Below are positions 24,225-37,688 of a DNA stretch of 64,000 nucleotides, in pieces. Below the pieces are notes generated by a model. The model was not told where the DNA came from. It saw only the letters and a list, made by a program, of their open reading frames with translations, and ran no database searches. The position numbers were made by a program, and so were the translations under genes. The stretch comes from Heterodontus francisci (Eukaryota). The DNA is taken from contig NC_090374.1 in the NCBI RefSeq assembly GCF_036365525.1, positions 14,673,168 to 14,737,167 on the forward strand, read 5' to 3'. Every line of letters starts with the position of its first letter. Positions within the stretch are counted from its first letter, which is position 1.

Positions 24225-24452
24225 CAGCTGTGGGAAAACACCAGGAATATGAGGGGAAATCACCAGGAATGAGGGTAAAACATCGGTAATGTGAGGAGAA
24301 AACACCAGGAATGAGGCAAAGCTACCAGAAATGTGATAGGAAAACATTGAGAATCTGACGGAAAAACACTGACAATGTTGAGGAAAACACTGGAAATGTG
24401 ATAGAAAAACATCAAGAATGTGAGAGGAAAACTCTGGGAAAGTGATAGAAAG
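24225..24452. repeat. Degenerate ~20-bp minisatellite (GAGGAAAACACCAGGAATGT-like)
   Basis: About 11 recurrences of GAAAACAC...GAATGTG. Confidence 0.75.
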
Positions 24453-24599
24453 AATTTTGTACTCAGGACCCAGGATCACACAGCGAATGATGACTAAAGC
24501 AAGTCCAGTTTAAATTGCTGGATGAGATTCAGTGCAGGGCGAGTGGAACAGGTTTATATTACAGTTTGAACATTCGGTTTCTCAGCCTCCTGTGATGGA

Positions 24600-24615
24600 T
24601 CAGTCCTGCTCCTTT
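24600..24615 (-). CDS. SIGLEC15-like: Probable terminal coding exon of the Siglec-15-like gene (R-K-E-Q-D-stop), followed by 3'UTR
   Basis: Strong acceptor ttttatttaatcttgttttgtccccag in unique sequence; phase-2 join with the TM exon gives AG|A AAG GAG CAG GAC TGA. No homology evidence, so tentative. Confidence 0.45.
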
Positions 24616-25304
24616 CTGGGGACAAAACAAGATTAAATAAAATGAGCCATATTAACAGTAAAATAAGAGCATTTTTAGAACCGCCATATACAACCTGCAG
24701 CTGTTTACATAGGATTCCCCATGTATTTGAAAAGAGATGTGAATAGCAGTATCACTGTTAAACATTGAAACAATGGGACTAAATGTTGTCCCTATTTTCA
24801 GACAAGAACGACAACAACTTGCATTTAAATATCACCTTTAATGTAGTAAAATATCCCACGGCACATCACAGGAGTGTAATCAGGAGAAATTTGACACCGA
24901 GCCACATGGGGAGATATTAGGACAGGTGACCAAAAGCTGGGTCAAAGAGGCAGGATTAAGCAGCTTTTGATCATGTGTCCTAATGTCTCCTTTGTAGTGC
25001 AATGGGACATTTTCCTGTGTTAAAGGCGCTATATAAATGAAAGTTATTATTGAGTCACAGACATGAATTCCAGTCAGGCCTTGCACTGATCCAATCCAGT
25101 AGGCAGTGGGTTTCCAACACTCATCTCCTGCCCGATGGAATGAAACAATAGGCCCCACGAACCTGAAACTATTACGTATCACTGTTGCACAATAAATCAG
25201 AACAATCCGTTCTTTCTTGGGCCAGTTCAGGTGTTTAAATTTCATTACATTTTAATGAATCGTAAATGACTGCTCAATTGATTTGCTATTTCTTGTATAT
25301 CAGC

Positions 25305-25625
25305 TGTCGTTACACAGTAACTCCCAGTGAATGTAAATTCTTACTTATCAATCCCCAAAGGAAAACAGGACTGAATACTAGGTGCCACACCATGTAGTAA
25401 TATAATGAAAAAGCAATACATATTGGAGCAGATTCTATAGATGCAGTTCCGACAAGTGCAGTAGCCACAGAGGCACAATTCACTATTGGCCAATCAGGAT
25501 GACAATGGTTTGCCCCAGTGTCATCAATCAAAATAAAGATAATTTTACAAAAGGTCTCCTTTTCAAGGGGACATGAACAATAAGTACGCAAATCATACAT
25601 TAAGAAACTAAACTTTTCAGATTAA
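25305..25625 (-). mobile_element. Highly degraded Gypsy protease-region remnant
   Basis: ILIDDTGAN resembles the IL(R)D(T/S)GA aspartic-protease motif (compare ILRESGA at ~58835-58860). Confidence 0.4.
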
Positions 25626-26127
25626 GTCTTTTTTTTATTCTATCATGGGATGACTGCCGCTGGCCAGGCCAGCATTTGTTGCCCATCCCTAATTGCCCTT
25701 GAGAAGGTGGTGGTGAGCTGCCTTCTTAAACTGCTGCAGTCCTTGTGGTGTAGGTACACCAATAGTGCTGTTTGGGAGGGAGTTCCAAGATTTTGACCCA
25801 GAAACAGTGAAGGAACAGCGATATAGTTCCAAGTCAGGATGATGTGTGACTTGGAGGGGAACTTGCAGGTGGTAGTGTTTAGGAACGTAGGAACTAGGTG
25901 CCATGAGTAGGCCATTTGGCCCCTTGAGCCTGCCTCACCATTAAACTAGATCATGGCTGATCTTCTATGTCACCATTTCCTGCACTATCTCCATATCCCT
26001 TGATGCTTTAATATCTAGAATAGCGACAAAGGATTCAATAGTGTGTTCAAGAGCAGAGTTGCAGAAAAAGCTAACACAGACAGCAAGATCACTGGTGGAA
26101 TTCTAACAAACCATACTGGCAATCATG

Positions 26128-27235
26128 CTTTTTATTATTCATTCATGGGATGTGGGTGTCGCCAGCATTTATTGCCTATCTCTAATTGCCCTAGACAACT
26201 CTCAAACAAAAGAGAATCTAACCATGCCATTCAATGGCATTATGATCGCTGAATCCCCCACTATCAACATCCTGGGGATTACCATTAACCAGAAACTGGA
26301 ATAGCCATATAAATACCGTGGCTACAAGAGCAGGTCAGAGGCTAGGAATCCTGCAGCGAATAACTCACCTCCTGACTACCCAAAGCCTGTCCACCATCTA
26401 CAAGACACAAGTCAGAAGTGTGATGGAATACACTCCACTTGCCTGGATGGGTGCAGCTCCAACAAAACTCAAGAAGCTCAACACCATCCAGGAGAAAGCA
26501 GCCCGCTTGATTGGCACCCAATCTACAAACATTTACTCCCTCCACCACCGACGCACAGTGGCAGCAGTGTGTACCATCTACAAGATGCACTGCAGCAAAG
26601 CATCAAGGCTTAGACAGTACCTTCCAAACCTGCAACCTCTACCAGCTCGAAGGACAAGCACAGCAGATGCATGGGAACACCACCACCTGCAAGTTCTCTT
26701 CCAAGTCACACAGCATCCTGACTTGGAACTATCTGCCATTCGTTCACTGTCACTGGGTCAAAAACCTGGAACTCCTTCCTAAAAACTCTGTGGATGTACC
26801 TACCTCACATGGACTGCAGCGGTTCAAGAAGGCGGCTCACTGCCACCTTCTCAAGGGCAATTAGGGATGGGCAATAAATGCTGTCCAAGCCAGCGATGTC
26901 CACATCCCATGAATGATTAAAAAAGAGTGGCTTCCTAGGCCATTGAGGGCAGCTAAGAGTCATTCCTGTGGGTCTGGAGTCACATGTAGGCCAGACCAGG
27001 TAAGGACAGCAAATTTCCTGCACTAAAGGGCACTAGTAAACCAGATTGGTTTTTATGACAATCAGAGTTTCATGGCATTATTACTGAGGCTAGTTTTCAA
27101 CTGCAGCCTTTCATTAATTAATTGAGTTTAAATTCCACCAGCTGACATGGTGGGATTTGAACGCATATCCTTGGGGCATTAGCCTGGGCCTCTGGAATAT
27201 TAGTTCAGTGACATTACCATGACACCACTGTCTCC
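26128..27235 (-). mobile_element. tRNA-headed SINE (as 23727-24135) interrupted by a plus-strand family B LINE fragment (26200-26922)
   Basis: SINE tail at 26128-26199 and body/head at 26923-27235 rejoin as GACAACT|GAGTGGC; ORF 26318..26782 lies in the insert. Confidence 0.8.
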
Positions 27236-27239
27236 TTTG

Positions 27240-28052
27240 GGATGCCATGCCTCTGCTGCCCTTGTCCTTCTAGGTGGTAGCAGTCGTGCGTTTGGAAGGT
27301 GCTATTGAAGGAGGCTTGACGAGTTGCTGCAGTACATCTTGTAGATGGTACATACTGCTGCCACTGTGCACTGGTGGTGGAGGGAGTCAATGTTTAAGCT
27401 GGTAGACGGGTTGCTAACCAAGCGGGTTGCTTTGTCCTGGATGCTATCGAGATTCTTGAGTGTTTTTGAAGCTGCACTCATCCTTGCAAGTGGAGAGTAT
27501 TCCCTCACACTCCTGAATTGTGGCTTGTAGGTGACAGACAGGCTTTGGGAAGTCAGGAGGTGAGTTACTCGCTGCAGAATGCCCAGCCTCTGTGCTGCTG
27601 TTGCAGTCACTGTATTTATATTGCTACTTCAGTTAAGTTTTTGGTCAACCCCCAGGATGTTGATGGTGGTGGATTCAATGATGGTAATGCTATTGAACAT
27701 CAAGGGGAGATGGTTAGATTCTGTCGTGTTGGAAATGGTCATTGCCTGGCACTTGTTGTGGCGTGAATGTTACTTGCCACTTGATCAGCCCAAGCTTGAA
27801 TGTTATCCAGGTGTTGCTATATGCGGGCATGGACAGCTTCAGTATCTGAGGAGTTGCGAATGGCACTGAACACTGTGCAATCATTAACAAACATCTGCAC
27901 TTCTGGCCTTAATAAATAGGGAGGGTCATTGATGAAGCAACTGAAGATAGTTTGACCTAGGACACTACCCTGAGGAACTCCTGCAACGATGTCCTGGAGC
28001 TGAGATAATTGGCCTTCAACAACCACACCCATTTTCCTTTGTGCTAGGTATG
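27240..28052 (-). mobile_element. Family B LINE RT fragment
   Basis: ORFs 27817..28080 ([13 protein letters not shown]) and 27302..27610. Confidence 0.85.
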
Positions 28053-28261
28053 TGTCTAGGGGTAGATGAGTCATCTCCATGGCTGCAGTATCTATGGATA
28101 CAGCTTACATAGGTACAGTATCTAAGGGTACAGTCTCCATGGTTATGCTATGGGTAGTTTCCATAGAGAGACTTTTAATGGGTGGTTTCCTTTCTACTCT
28201 TCCAATTGAGATCACACAGCAGTCACCAGTTAAAATCATATGATAAAGAGTCCACTTTATG

Positions 28262-31200
28262 AAGTTTATTTTTCCCAAAAATATACTTTATTCATAAAAA
28301 TCTGTTAAAAAAATACATTACAACTCAGTTCAAAACAGCACAAAGTTGACATTCCAAAAAGTGCAAAGGAGATCAGTTTTCTTCAATACAGGAGTGAGTT
28401 GCCTCACAACTCTTCCATTCCATTTTACATGCCATGTACATCTCACAGCAAAACCATATTTGGTGTATACAGCCCGAGGGGATTCCCATGGGACAGCCCC
28501 TCAGTTCACTTTGGTGGGAGGACCTTACACTGTGGTCTTTCCTCATTGAGCCTTTGCAACGGCTGCCCCAAGCTTTAGTGCATCCCTCAGCACGTAGTCC
28601 TGGACCTTGGAATGTGCCAGTCTGCAACACGCAGTCGTGGATAATTCTTTGCGCTGGAAGACCAGCAAGTTTTGGGCAGACCAAAGAGCGTCTTTCACCG
28701 AATTGATGGTCCTTCGGCAGCAGTTGATGTTTATATCGGTGTGCGTCCCTGGGAACAACCCGTAGAGCACAGACTCTTGTGTTACAGAGCTGCTTGGGAT
28801 GAACCTCGACAAAAACCACTGCATCTCTTTCCACACCTGCTTTGCAAAGACACATTCCAGAAAGAGGTGGGCAACAGTCTCTTCCCCACCACAGCCACCT
28901 AGAGGGCAGCGTGCGGAGGGAGCGAGACTCCGGGCGTGCAGGAAGGATCTGACAGGGAGGGCCCTTCTCACCATGAGCCAAGCTACGCCTTGGTGCTTGT
29001 TTGAAAGTTCTGGTGATGAGGCATTCTGCCAAATGACTGGCAGTCTGCTCAGGGAACCATCCAACAGGATCCACATCTCTTTTTCCCATAGGGCCTTGAG
29101 GACATTCTGTGCAGACCACTACCTGATGGATTGGTGGCCAAAGGTGTTTTTCTGCAGAAACTTTTCCACTAAGGATAGGTGGTACAGCACAGTCCAACTG
29201 GATGGAGCGTTACGTGGCAATGTGACCAGACCCATCATTCGCAACATAGGGGACAGATAGAACCTCAGCATATAGTGACACTTGTTGTTTGCATACTGGG
29301 GCTCTACGCACAGCTTGATGTAGTCGCACAAGAAGGTGGTCATCAGGATGAGGGCGATGTTGGGTACATTTTTCCTGCCCTTATCCAGAGGTTTGAACAT
29401 TGTGTCCCTCTGGACCGGGTCCATTTTGGATCTCCAGATAAAGCGGAAAATGGCTCGGGTGACCGCCACGGCGCAGGAGTGGTGTATGGGCCAAACCTGC
29501 GCCACATACAGCAACAACGTGAGCAGCTCGCACCTGATGACCAGGTTCTTACCCACAATGGAGAAAGATCGCTGCTCCCACATGCTCAGTTTATGGTATC
29601 CTGGCTATTCGCTCCTTCCAGGTTTTGGCACACGCCCCAGCCCTTCCGAACCATATCCCCTTCACCTTCAGGTAGTCTGACCTGACGGTGAAGGGGACAA
29701 AGGATCGGTTGGCCCAGTTTCCAAAGAACATGGCCTCACTCTTGCCATGGTTAGCTTTGGCTCCCGAGGCCAGTTTGAACATGGGTTCAGATGCTCATCA
29801 GTCTGGTACAGACAGCGGATCCGAGCAGAAGACGGTGACGTCGTCCATGTACAAGGAGGTTTTTACCTGAGTGCCTCCGCTGCCTGGGATTGTCACCCAT
29901 CTTATGTCCGCATCCTTCTTAATGGACTCAACAAAAGGTTTGATACAGCAAACAAACAAAACAGGAGAGAGAGGACAACCCTGTCTGACTCCAGATTGGA
30001 TCGGAGAACTTTCTGATTCCCACCCATTGATTGAGACTGCACTATTGATAGTTTGATCCAATTGCGGATTCCCTCTCCAAACCCTATTTTGGAGAGCACG
30101 TTCATCATGTAGGTGTGCGTTATGCTGTCAAAAGCCTTCTCCTGGTCCAAGCTGATGAGGCAGGTGTCCACCCTCCTGTCCCGTACATAGGTGATCATAT
30201 CCCTGAGTAGCACGAGACTATCAGAGATCTTCCTGCCGGGTACAGTGTAGGTCTGGTCAGGGTGAATCACCAACTCCAGAGCAGACTTGACCTGACTGGC
30301 AATGACTTTGGACAGAATCTTGTAGTCAACATTAAGCAGTGAGATGGGCTGCCAATTTCTGATTTCTGCCCTCTCCCCCTTTCGCTTGTATATGAGGGTG
30401 ATGATGCCTTTCCTCATGGATTCTGACATGCTGCCGGCCAGAAGCATACTCCCGTATACTTCCAGCAGGTCTGGGCTGACCCAGTCCCACAGAGCTTAAT
30501 ACATCGCAACCGGTAAGCTGTCGCTTCCGAAAGTTTTACTCGTCTCGCAGGACCTGACAGCGTTTGTCAGCTCATCCAGAGCTAATGGTTTGTCCAGACT
30601 CTCCCACGTGAAGTCACCTTTGTGATAGATGACAGGAAGGACTGGGAGGCTGTGCTGTCTGTGGGCTTCACGACGTACAGCCCAGCATAAAAGATTTTGC
30701 TGATCCTTAGTATGTCGGACAGCAAAGACGTTATCGAGCCATCGTCTTTCTTCAGGCTGCTGATCACAGAGCTCTCTCTGTGTACCTTTTGGAAGAAGTA
30801 ATGCGAGCACATCTCATCCTGCTCAACAGAGCAGACTCTGGACCGGAAGATGATCTTGGAGGCCTCCTTGAACTCGACCTCCATAGACTGCAGCCGGAGC
30901 AGATTTTGCATTCTTTTCTGGAGTCGGGACATTTCCCTCTGTCTCTCTCTCTCCCTCAACACCTTTGAAGATAAAGAACCTCTTGATGTTCTCCTTGATC
31001 GCCTCCCACCAGTGAACTGGAGACTCAAAGAGGGGTTTCACGGTTCTCCAACCTTTGTAATCCCTTTTGTGTTCCTCAATGTTCTCTGGGGTTAGCAGTG
31101 TAACATGCAGCTTCCATGTCTCCCTGCCAACCCGTTGGTCATTCTGTAAGTGACAGTCGGCCAGTAAGAGGCAGTGGTCAGAGAAGAACACAAGAAGTCA

Positions 31201-33032
31201 ATCCTGGAATGGGAAGACCCTTCCGATCTTAGATTAGAGATACAGCACTGAAACAGGCCCTTCGGCCCACCGAGTCTGTGCCGAACATCAACCACCCATT
31301 TATACTAATCCTCCACTAATCCCATATTCCTACCAAACATCCCCACCTGTCCCTATATTTCCCTACCACCTACCTATACTAGTGACAATTTATAATGGCC
31401 AATTTACCTATCAACCTGCAAGTCTTTTGGCTTGTGGGAGGAAACCGGAGCACCCGGAGAAAACCCACGCAGACACAGGGAGAACTTGCAAACTCCACAC
31501 AGGCAGTACCCGGAATCGAACCCAGGTCCCTGGAGCTGTGAGGCTGCGGTGCTAACCACTGCGCCACTGTGCCGCAGTCTTGATCAGGTGTATCTATGCT
31601 GCGCTCGATCTGCAGGGTTGCTGAAGACGTCGTGCAGCTTGGCATCTTTAACTGTTTCCGTTAGGAATCTGGACGTAGTGTCCAGTTTGCTGTCATCCCT
31701 GCCGGATCGTCCAGCTGCGTTAATGATGCAGTTGAAGTCACCGCCTAGAATGACCGGTCTGGATGTTGCCAGCAGCAGTGGGAGTTGCTGGAGGACCGTC
31801 AATTGCTCGCTGCATTGAGCTGGGGCATACACGTTGATCAACCGGAGCGGAGCATTGTTGTCCATTACATCTGCTACGAGGATGCGGCCGCACACCACCT
31901 CCTTAACTTCGGAGATGGTGAAGTTACCTCCCCGCAGCAGAATACCCAGGCCGGAGTAACGCGAATCATTACCCCCTTGATCAGATCGATGGCCCGTGGG
32001 ACCACCATCTCAACCATTGCCTGTAGGTGCTGAGGTGTGGTATTCCACACTCCTGCAGAAACAGCAGGTCAGCTTTGACCTTGGTGAGGCAGTCCAAGGT
32101 TAAAACACATCGCGTAGTGGATTTGATGCTACGCACATTAATCGAAGCAATCTTTATACCCATTTTAAAGTTGCTTCCCACACCAGTTGTTCTTGCGAGT
32201 CCCATTCCTTGGGTATGTTCCTGCATACCCATAGTATACACAAGCTGTTTCACATTCGTTGGGCTCAGAAACCCCTCCTGGTTACTCCTGGGGGGTTTGT
32301 TCTGCTGGGGTGACATCAGGGTGGGGTGGGGGGGGTGGTTCTTGTAGGCAGCAAAGCTTGGGCTGTCCTCTGCTGGTGGTGTCTTTCCCCTCTGTTCCTC
32401 CTCAAAGACATCACTGCTCCCGGCTTCCCGGAGCTGGAGTGCGCCAGACGTGTCTTTGCTCTCGGTGTCCCGGAGCTGGGATGCGCTGGGCATGTCGCTA
32501 GGTTCGGCGCTTTGGGTTTGGGGCGTGCTGGGCCCATCACAGCTTCCAGTGCCCCAGAGCTGGGGGGGCTTTATCTTCCAGCTCCTTTGAGTTCTGCCGT
32601 TTCTTTTGCAGGTGCCGTCGTTCTGGCCCTTCCCCGTCAATGAGGAGGAGCTGCCATAGTCTGTCTCAGACGGTAGCCTCCTCTTGCTACTGGTTTGGGT
32701 GGTGACCGGTTCCTTTTTTTGAGGTTTTTTTCTTTGTGGTTTTCTTTTGTACCACTTGCCACTGACCAGTTTGTCCATCTGCTGCCTCATCCTCCACTGA
32801 TTCTGTCTGCAGAGGAGGGGTTTCCAGCACACGGTAGGTGTTGGGTCGCTGGTTGCAGCTGCCTCCCCTGTCTTCTGCTTCTCAGGTAGACTTTCCTCAT
32901 TGCGGGGAGTATTGCTTATCTCCTTCCCAGCACCAGAAGTATTCACCGTTCCTTCTCCCAGCCTTTCCTTGGACCTTGCCCCCTGAGCATAACTGAGGCA
33001 GTGTTTGGGGCAGGTTTTGTAGAGGTGGCCTG
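28262..33032 (-). mobile_element. Tx1/L1-clade LINE, 5'-truncated in ORF1, decayed ORF2
   Basis: Zinc-knuckle end GHLYKTC; endonuclease MGIKIASINVRS..LQEC, GGDFN, SDHC; RT PISLLNVDYKILSK, DQEKAFD, GVRQGCPLSP, YMDD; C-terminal CPLGGCGGEETVAHLFLEC; AATAAA + A-rich end at ~28265-28295. Confidence 0.93.
31231..31577 (-). mobile_element. HE1-like V-SINE inserted in the Tx1 endonuclease
   Basis: tRNA head GGCACAGTGGCGCAGTGGTTAGCAC, V domain GTGTGGAGTTTGCA...GGTTTCCTCCCACA, CR1-type tail; TCTT duplication. Confidence 0.92.
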
Positions 33033-33439
33033 ACAATAAAATCCCAACTATCAATTTAACTAAAGGAAACCTAATAAATTAAATCATCATCTTCTATTCT
33101 GTGTCTACAGTACATTTTTTACTCTTCCTTTGGCCACTCAGAATAACAGCATCAAACAAAATAAAATTAATCTAACAAAAATGGATTAATCTTTTTAAAG
33201 GGACACAAACAATAGCCACCAAATTATTAATAAAACAAAGGGAACTTGTCAAGTGAAATCCGAATATTATTACCCATCTCTCTGTCTCTGTAGTAGGTAT
33301 CATTCAAATACAATGTAAATTCTAGTCTAGAGAGAGATTCTAACACCCTCTAGTGACATGTTTTGGTCATTAACGGGATTGCAAAACTTTTTCAATGCTC
33401 TTGATAGCCATCATTTCATCTGAAGTGCAGCCAATACCC

Positions 33440-36400
33440 AGAGTCATAGTCATTCACAGCACAGAAGGATGCCATTTGGCCCATCGAGTCTATGCCAGCA
33501 TTCTGTAGAGTAATCCAGTCAGTCCCATTCCCCCACTCTATCCCCGTAGCCCTGCAAGTTTATTTTCTTCAAATGCCCATCCAATTTACCTTTTGAAATC
33601 ATTGGTCATTTCTGCTTCCATCACCCTCGAGTTCCGCCGTGTAAAAAAGCTCCCCCTGCATCTCTTGCCCAAAACCTTAAATCTGTGTCCCCTGGTCCTT
33701 GTATCATCAATTAATGGGGGCAGTTTTTCTTTGTCTGCCTCTTCTAAACCTGTAATAATCTTGTACACCTTTATCAAATCTCCCCACAATCTCCTTCTCT
33801 CCAAGGAGAACAACCCCAGGTACTCCAACCTAACTTTGTAGCTAAAATCCCTCATCCCTGGAACCATTCTGGTAAATCTCCTCTGCACCCTCTCAAGGAC
33901 CCTCACATCCTTCTTAAAGCGTGGTGACCAACACTGGACACAATACTCTAGTTGTGACCGAACCAGAAATTTATAAAGGTTCAGTATAACTTCCCGCTTT
34001 TGTTCTCAATAATTCTATTTATAAAGCCCAAGATCCCATATGCTTTGCTGACCACTCTCTAAATATCTGCTGCAACCTTCAAAGATCGATGCAAATACAC
34101 CCCCAGGTCCTTCTGTCCCTGCGCACTCCTTAGAACTGCACCATTAAGTACCTATTGCCTCTCCCCATCCCTTCTGCTTAAGTGCATCACCTCAAAATTC
34201 TCTGCATTAAATTCCAGTTGCCACTTGTCTGCCCATTCTGCTAGCCTATCTATGTCCTGTTTCAGACAGTTCATATCATCCTCACTGTTTGCCACTCCTC
34301 CGTGTTCAGTATCATAGGCAAATTTTGAAATTCTACTCTGTATTCCATGATCCAAGTCATTTATATATATCAAAAAAGCAGTGGTCCTAGCATTCACCCT
34401 TAGAGAACACCACTGTCTACCCATCCTCCAGTCTGAAAAATACCCATTCACCATTACTCGCTGTTTTCTGTCCTTAAGCCAATTTTTTCTCCAAGCTGAC
34501 ACTGACCCTCCTATTCCATGAGCCTCAGTTTTGTTAACCAGCCTTTTATCTGGTACTTTGTCAAACACTTTCTTAAAATCTAAATAAACAACATCTATTG
34601 CATTCCCTTCATCATTTCTTTCAGGGGGAGGCAGTAGCGTAGTGGTACTGTCACATGACTAATAAATCCTGAGGCCCAGGCTAGTGCTCCGGGGACATGG
34701 GTTTAAATCCCACCATGGCAGATGGTGAAGTTTGAATTCAATTAATAAGTCTGGAATTAAAAGTTAATCTAATGGTGACCATGAATTCATTGTCAATTAT
34801 TGTAAAGACACATCTGGTTCACTAATGTCCTTTAGGTCCTTACCAAAGCAATCTGGTTGACTCTTCAAATGCCTTCTGAAATGGCCTAGCAAGCCACTCA
34901 GTTGTATCAAACTGCTACGCAGTCTAAGTAAAGGAATGAAACCGGACGGATCACCCGGCATCGACCTAGGCACTGGAAACAACAACAGCAAACCTATCCC
35001 TGTGGACCCTTACGAACATCTGGGGGCTTGTGCCAAAATTGGGAGAGCTGTCCCACAGACGAGTCAAGCAACAGCATACTCACGGAATCATACCTTACAG
35101 ACAATGTTCCAGACACCAACATCACCATCCCTGGGTATGTCCTGTCCCACCAGGCAGGACAGACCCAGCAGAGGTGGCGGCACAGTGGTATACAGTAAGG
35201 AGGGAGTTGCCCTGGGAGTCCTTAACACCGACTCCAGACCCCATGACGTCTCATGGCATCAGGTCAAACGTGGGCAAGGAAACCTGCTGATTACCACCTA
35301 CTGCTCCCCCTCAGCAGATAAATCAGTGCTTCACCATGTTGAGCACCAATTGGAAGAAGCTGGATCCTTCTCGGTCTCCTCCTGAAGTCCCCAGCATCAC
35401 AGATGCCAGTCTTCCGCCAATCAGATTCATTCCAGGTGATATCAAGAAATGGCTGAAGGCACAGGATACTGCAAAGACTATGGGCCCTGACAACATTCCA
35501 GCAATAGTACTGAAGACTTGTGCTCCAGAACTAGCCGTGCCCCTAGCCAAACTGTTCCAATAAAGCTACATTGACATCTACAATGTAGAAAATTGTCCAG
35601 GTATGTCCTGTGCACAAAAAGCAGGACAAATCCAACCAGTCAATTACCGCCCCATCAGTCTACTCCCGATCATCAGCAAAGTGATGGAAGGGGTTGTCGA
35701 CAGTGCTATCAAGCGGCACTTGCTTAGCAATATCCTGCTCAGTTTGGATTCCGCCAGGACCACTCAGCTCCTGACCTCATCACAGCCTTGGTCTAAACAT
35801 GGACAAAAGAGCTGAACTCCAGAGGTGAAGTGAGAGTGACTGCCCTTGACATCAAAGGCAGCATTTGACCGAGTACGGCATCAAGGAGTCCTCGCAAAAC
35901 CAGAGTCAATGGGAGTCAGGGGGAAAACTCTCCGCTGGTTGGAGTCATGCGTAGCACAAGGAAAAAACATCTCAGTCCCAGGACATCACTGCAGGAGTTC
36001 CTCAGGCCCAATCACCTTCAGCTGCTTCATGAATAGCCTTCCCTCAACCATAAGGCCAGAAGTGGGGATAATTGCACAATGTTCAGCACCATTCGTGATG
36101 CCTCAGATACTGAATGGTCTGTGCCCATATGCAGGAAGACTTGGACAACATCCAGGCTTGGGCAGATAAGTGACAAGTAACATTTGTGCCAGGCAATGAC
36201 TATCTCATACAAGAGAGAATCTAACCATCTCCTCTTGATGTTCAATGGCATTACCATCGCTGAATCCCCGACTGTCAACATCTTGGGGGGTTACCATTTA
36301 CAGAAACTGAACTGGACTAGCTACCTAAATACTGTAGCTGCAGGAGCAGGTCAGAGGTGGGGAATTCTCTGGCGAGTAACTCACCTCTTGTCTCCCCAGT

Positions 36401-37115
36401 GCCTGTCCACCAACTATAAGGCGCAAGTCAGGAATGCAATGAAATACTCTCCACTTGCCTGGATGGGTGCAGCTCTAAAAACACTCAAGAAGCTCGACAC
36501 CATCCAGGACAAAACAGCCCACATGATCGGCGCTCCATTCACAACCTTCAACATTCACTCTTTCCATCACTGACCCACAGTGTTAGCTGCGTGTACCACT
36601 TACAAGATGCACTGGAGCAACTCGCCAGGCCCCTTAGACAGCACCTTCCAAACCTATGGACCCTACCACCTAGAAGGACAAGGGCAGCAGATGCATGGGA
36701 ACACCACCTGCATGTTCCCTTCCAAGCCTCACATCATCTTGACTTGGAACTATATCACCATTCCTTCACTGTTGCTGGGACAAAATCCTGGAACTCCCTT
36801 CCTAATAGCACTGTTGCTGTATGTAGACCACATGGAGTGCAGCGGTTCAAGAAGGCAGCTCACTACCACCTTCTCAAAGGTAACTAGGGATAGGCAATAA
36901 ATGCTGGCCTGGCCAGTGACGCCCACATCCCACAAATGAATAAAAGAGAACCTTCTCTGTTGCTTCATCAAAATATTCAATTAGCACGATCTGCCTTTCA
37001 CAAATCTGTGCTGGCTCTCCTTAATTAGCTGAAAGTTCTCCAAGTGCCTGTTCATTTTTTTCACTGATTATTGTTTCTACAACTTTACCCACCACTGATG
37101 TTAAACCAACTTGCC
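33440..37115 (-). mobile_element. Degenerate CR1 (33440-34620, 36946-37115) split by a family B LINE
   Basis: ORFs 33586..33906 and 34152..34568; RT continues after 36946. Confidence 0.8.
34623..36945 (+). mobile_element. Family B LINE retaining both ends (tRNA/SINE-like 5' head, APE, RT, tail), with internal deletions
   Basis: GGGGAGGCAGTAGCGTAGTGG...GGTTTAAATCCCACC head, then SINE body, NIWGLVPKLGEL, YRPISLL, tail CCCACAAATGAATAAAA. Confidence 0.88.
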
Positions 37116-37688
37116 TGTGTTTTATTTTATTTCCGAGTGTTGAGGTGAGTGGTTGGTGCTTTCCAGGAAGCATTAGGAAAAGACTGAGATTGGAAAGTGA
37201 ACAGGAATCTGACTGTCAATAACCCAGCACTGCAATCAAATTCAACTCAATCAGTTTTGCATCATAATATGCCCTGAGGGCTTAACCTTGCAGATTAAAC
37301 TAGACAATAGTGAATAGAGGTGGTCTGGGAGATTTAATCAGGTCCCTGATAGCTCAGCAAATTCTTGCTGTGAGGAGCTGAATCATACAGACCAGAAAGG
37401 GGCCAGTTTCCATCCCCAGTCTGGGCTGAATTAGCCAATCCCAGCTGGGCTGCAGTCGGGGCTCTCCAATTGGTCCAAGAGCTACTGGGATAGGGAAAGG
37501 AAACATTGCCCAGAGTTCCTGATCCTGCTGGGATCCAGCGACCTCTGCTGGACATGTACTGTGTCGCCATTTGTCGACCAGAATGGCTCAAGTGTTTGAA
37601 TCACCTGCCAACACACACTGACCAAAGCTCACTCATGAATCAAGCTTCAGGCATTTAAAGACAAGAGTCTCCCAGCAATATTACATAC

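Noticed and set aside
24012-24479. 155-aa hydrophobic ORF
   Set aside because: Made of a 20-bp degenerate minisatellite plus a SINE head; no splice or domain support
31500-31577. tRNA gene (also 50453-50530, 34623-34715, 24050-24135)
   Set aside because: These are tRNA-derived SINE/LINE heads continuing into repeat bodies, not cloverleaf tRNA genes
31981-33054. Apparent ORF1-ORF2 fusion in the Tx1 element
   Set aside because: The copy has many frameshifts and deletions and the ORF appears to mix frames; one decayed copy cannot establish a natural fusion
37340-37640. Possible additional ancient tRNA-derived SINE next to the TM exon
   Set aside because: Only a weak A/B-box-like resemblance and no second copy in the window to confirm it
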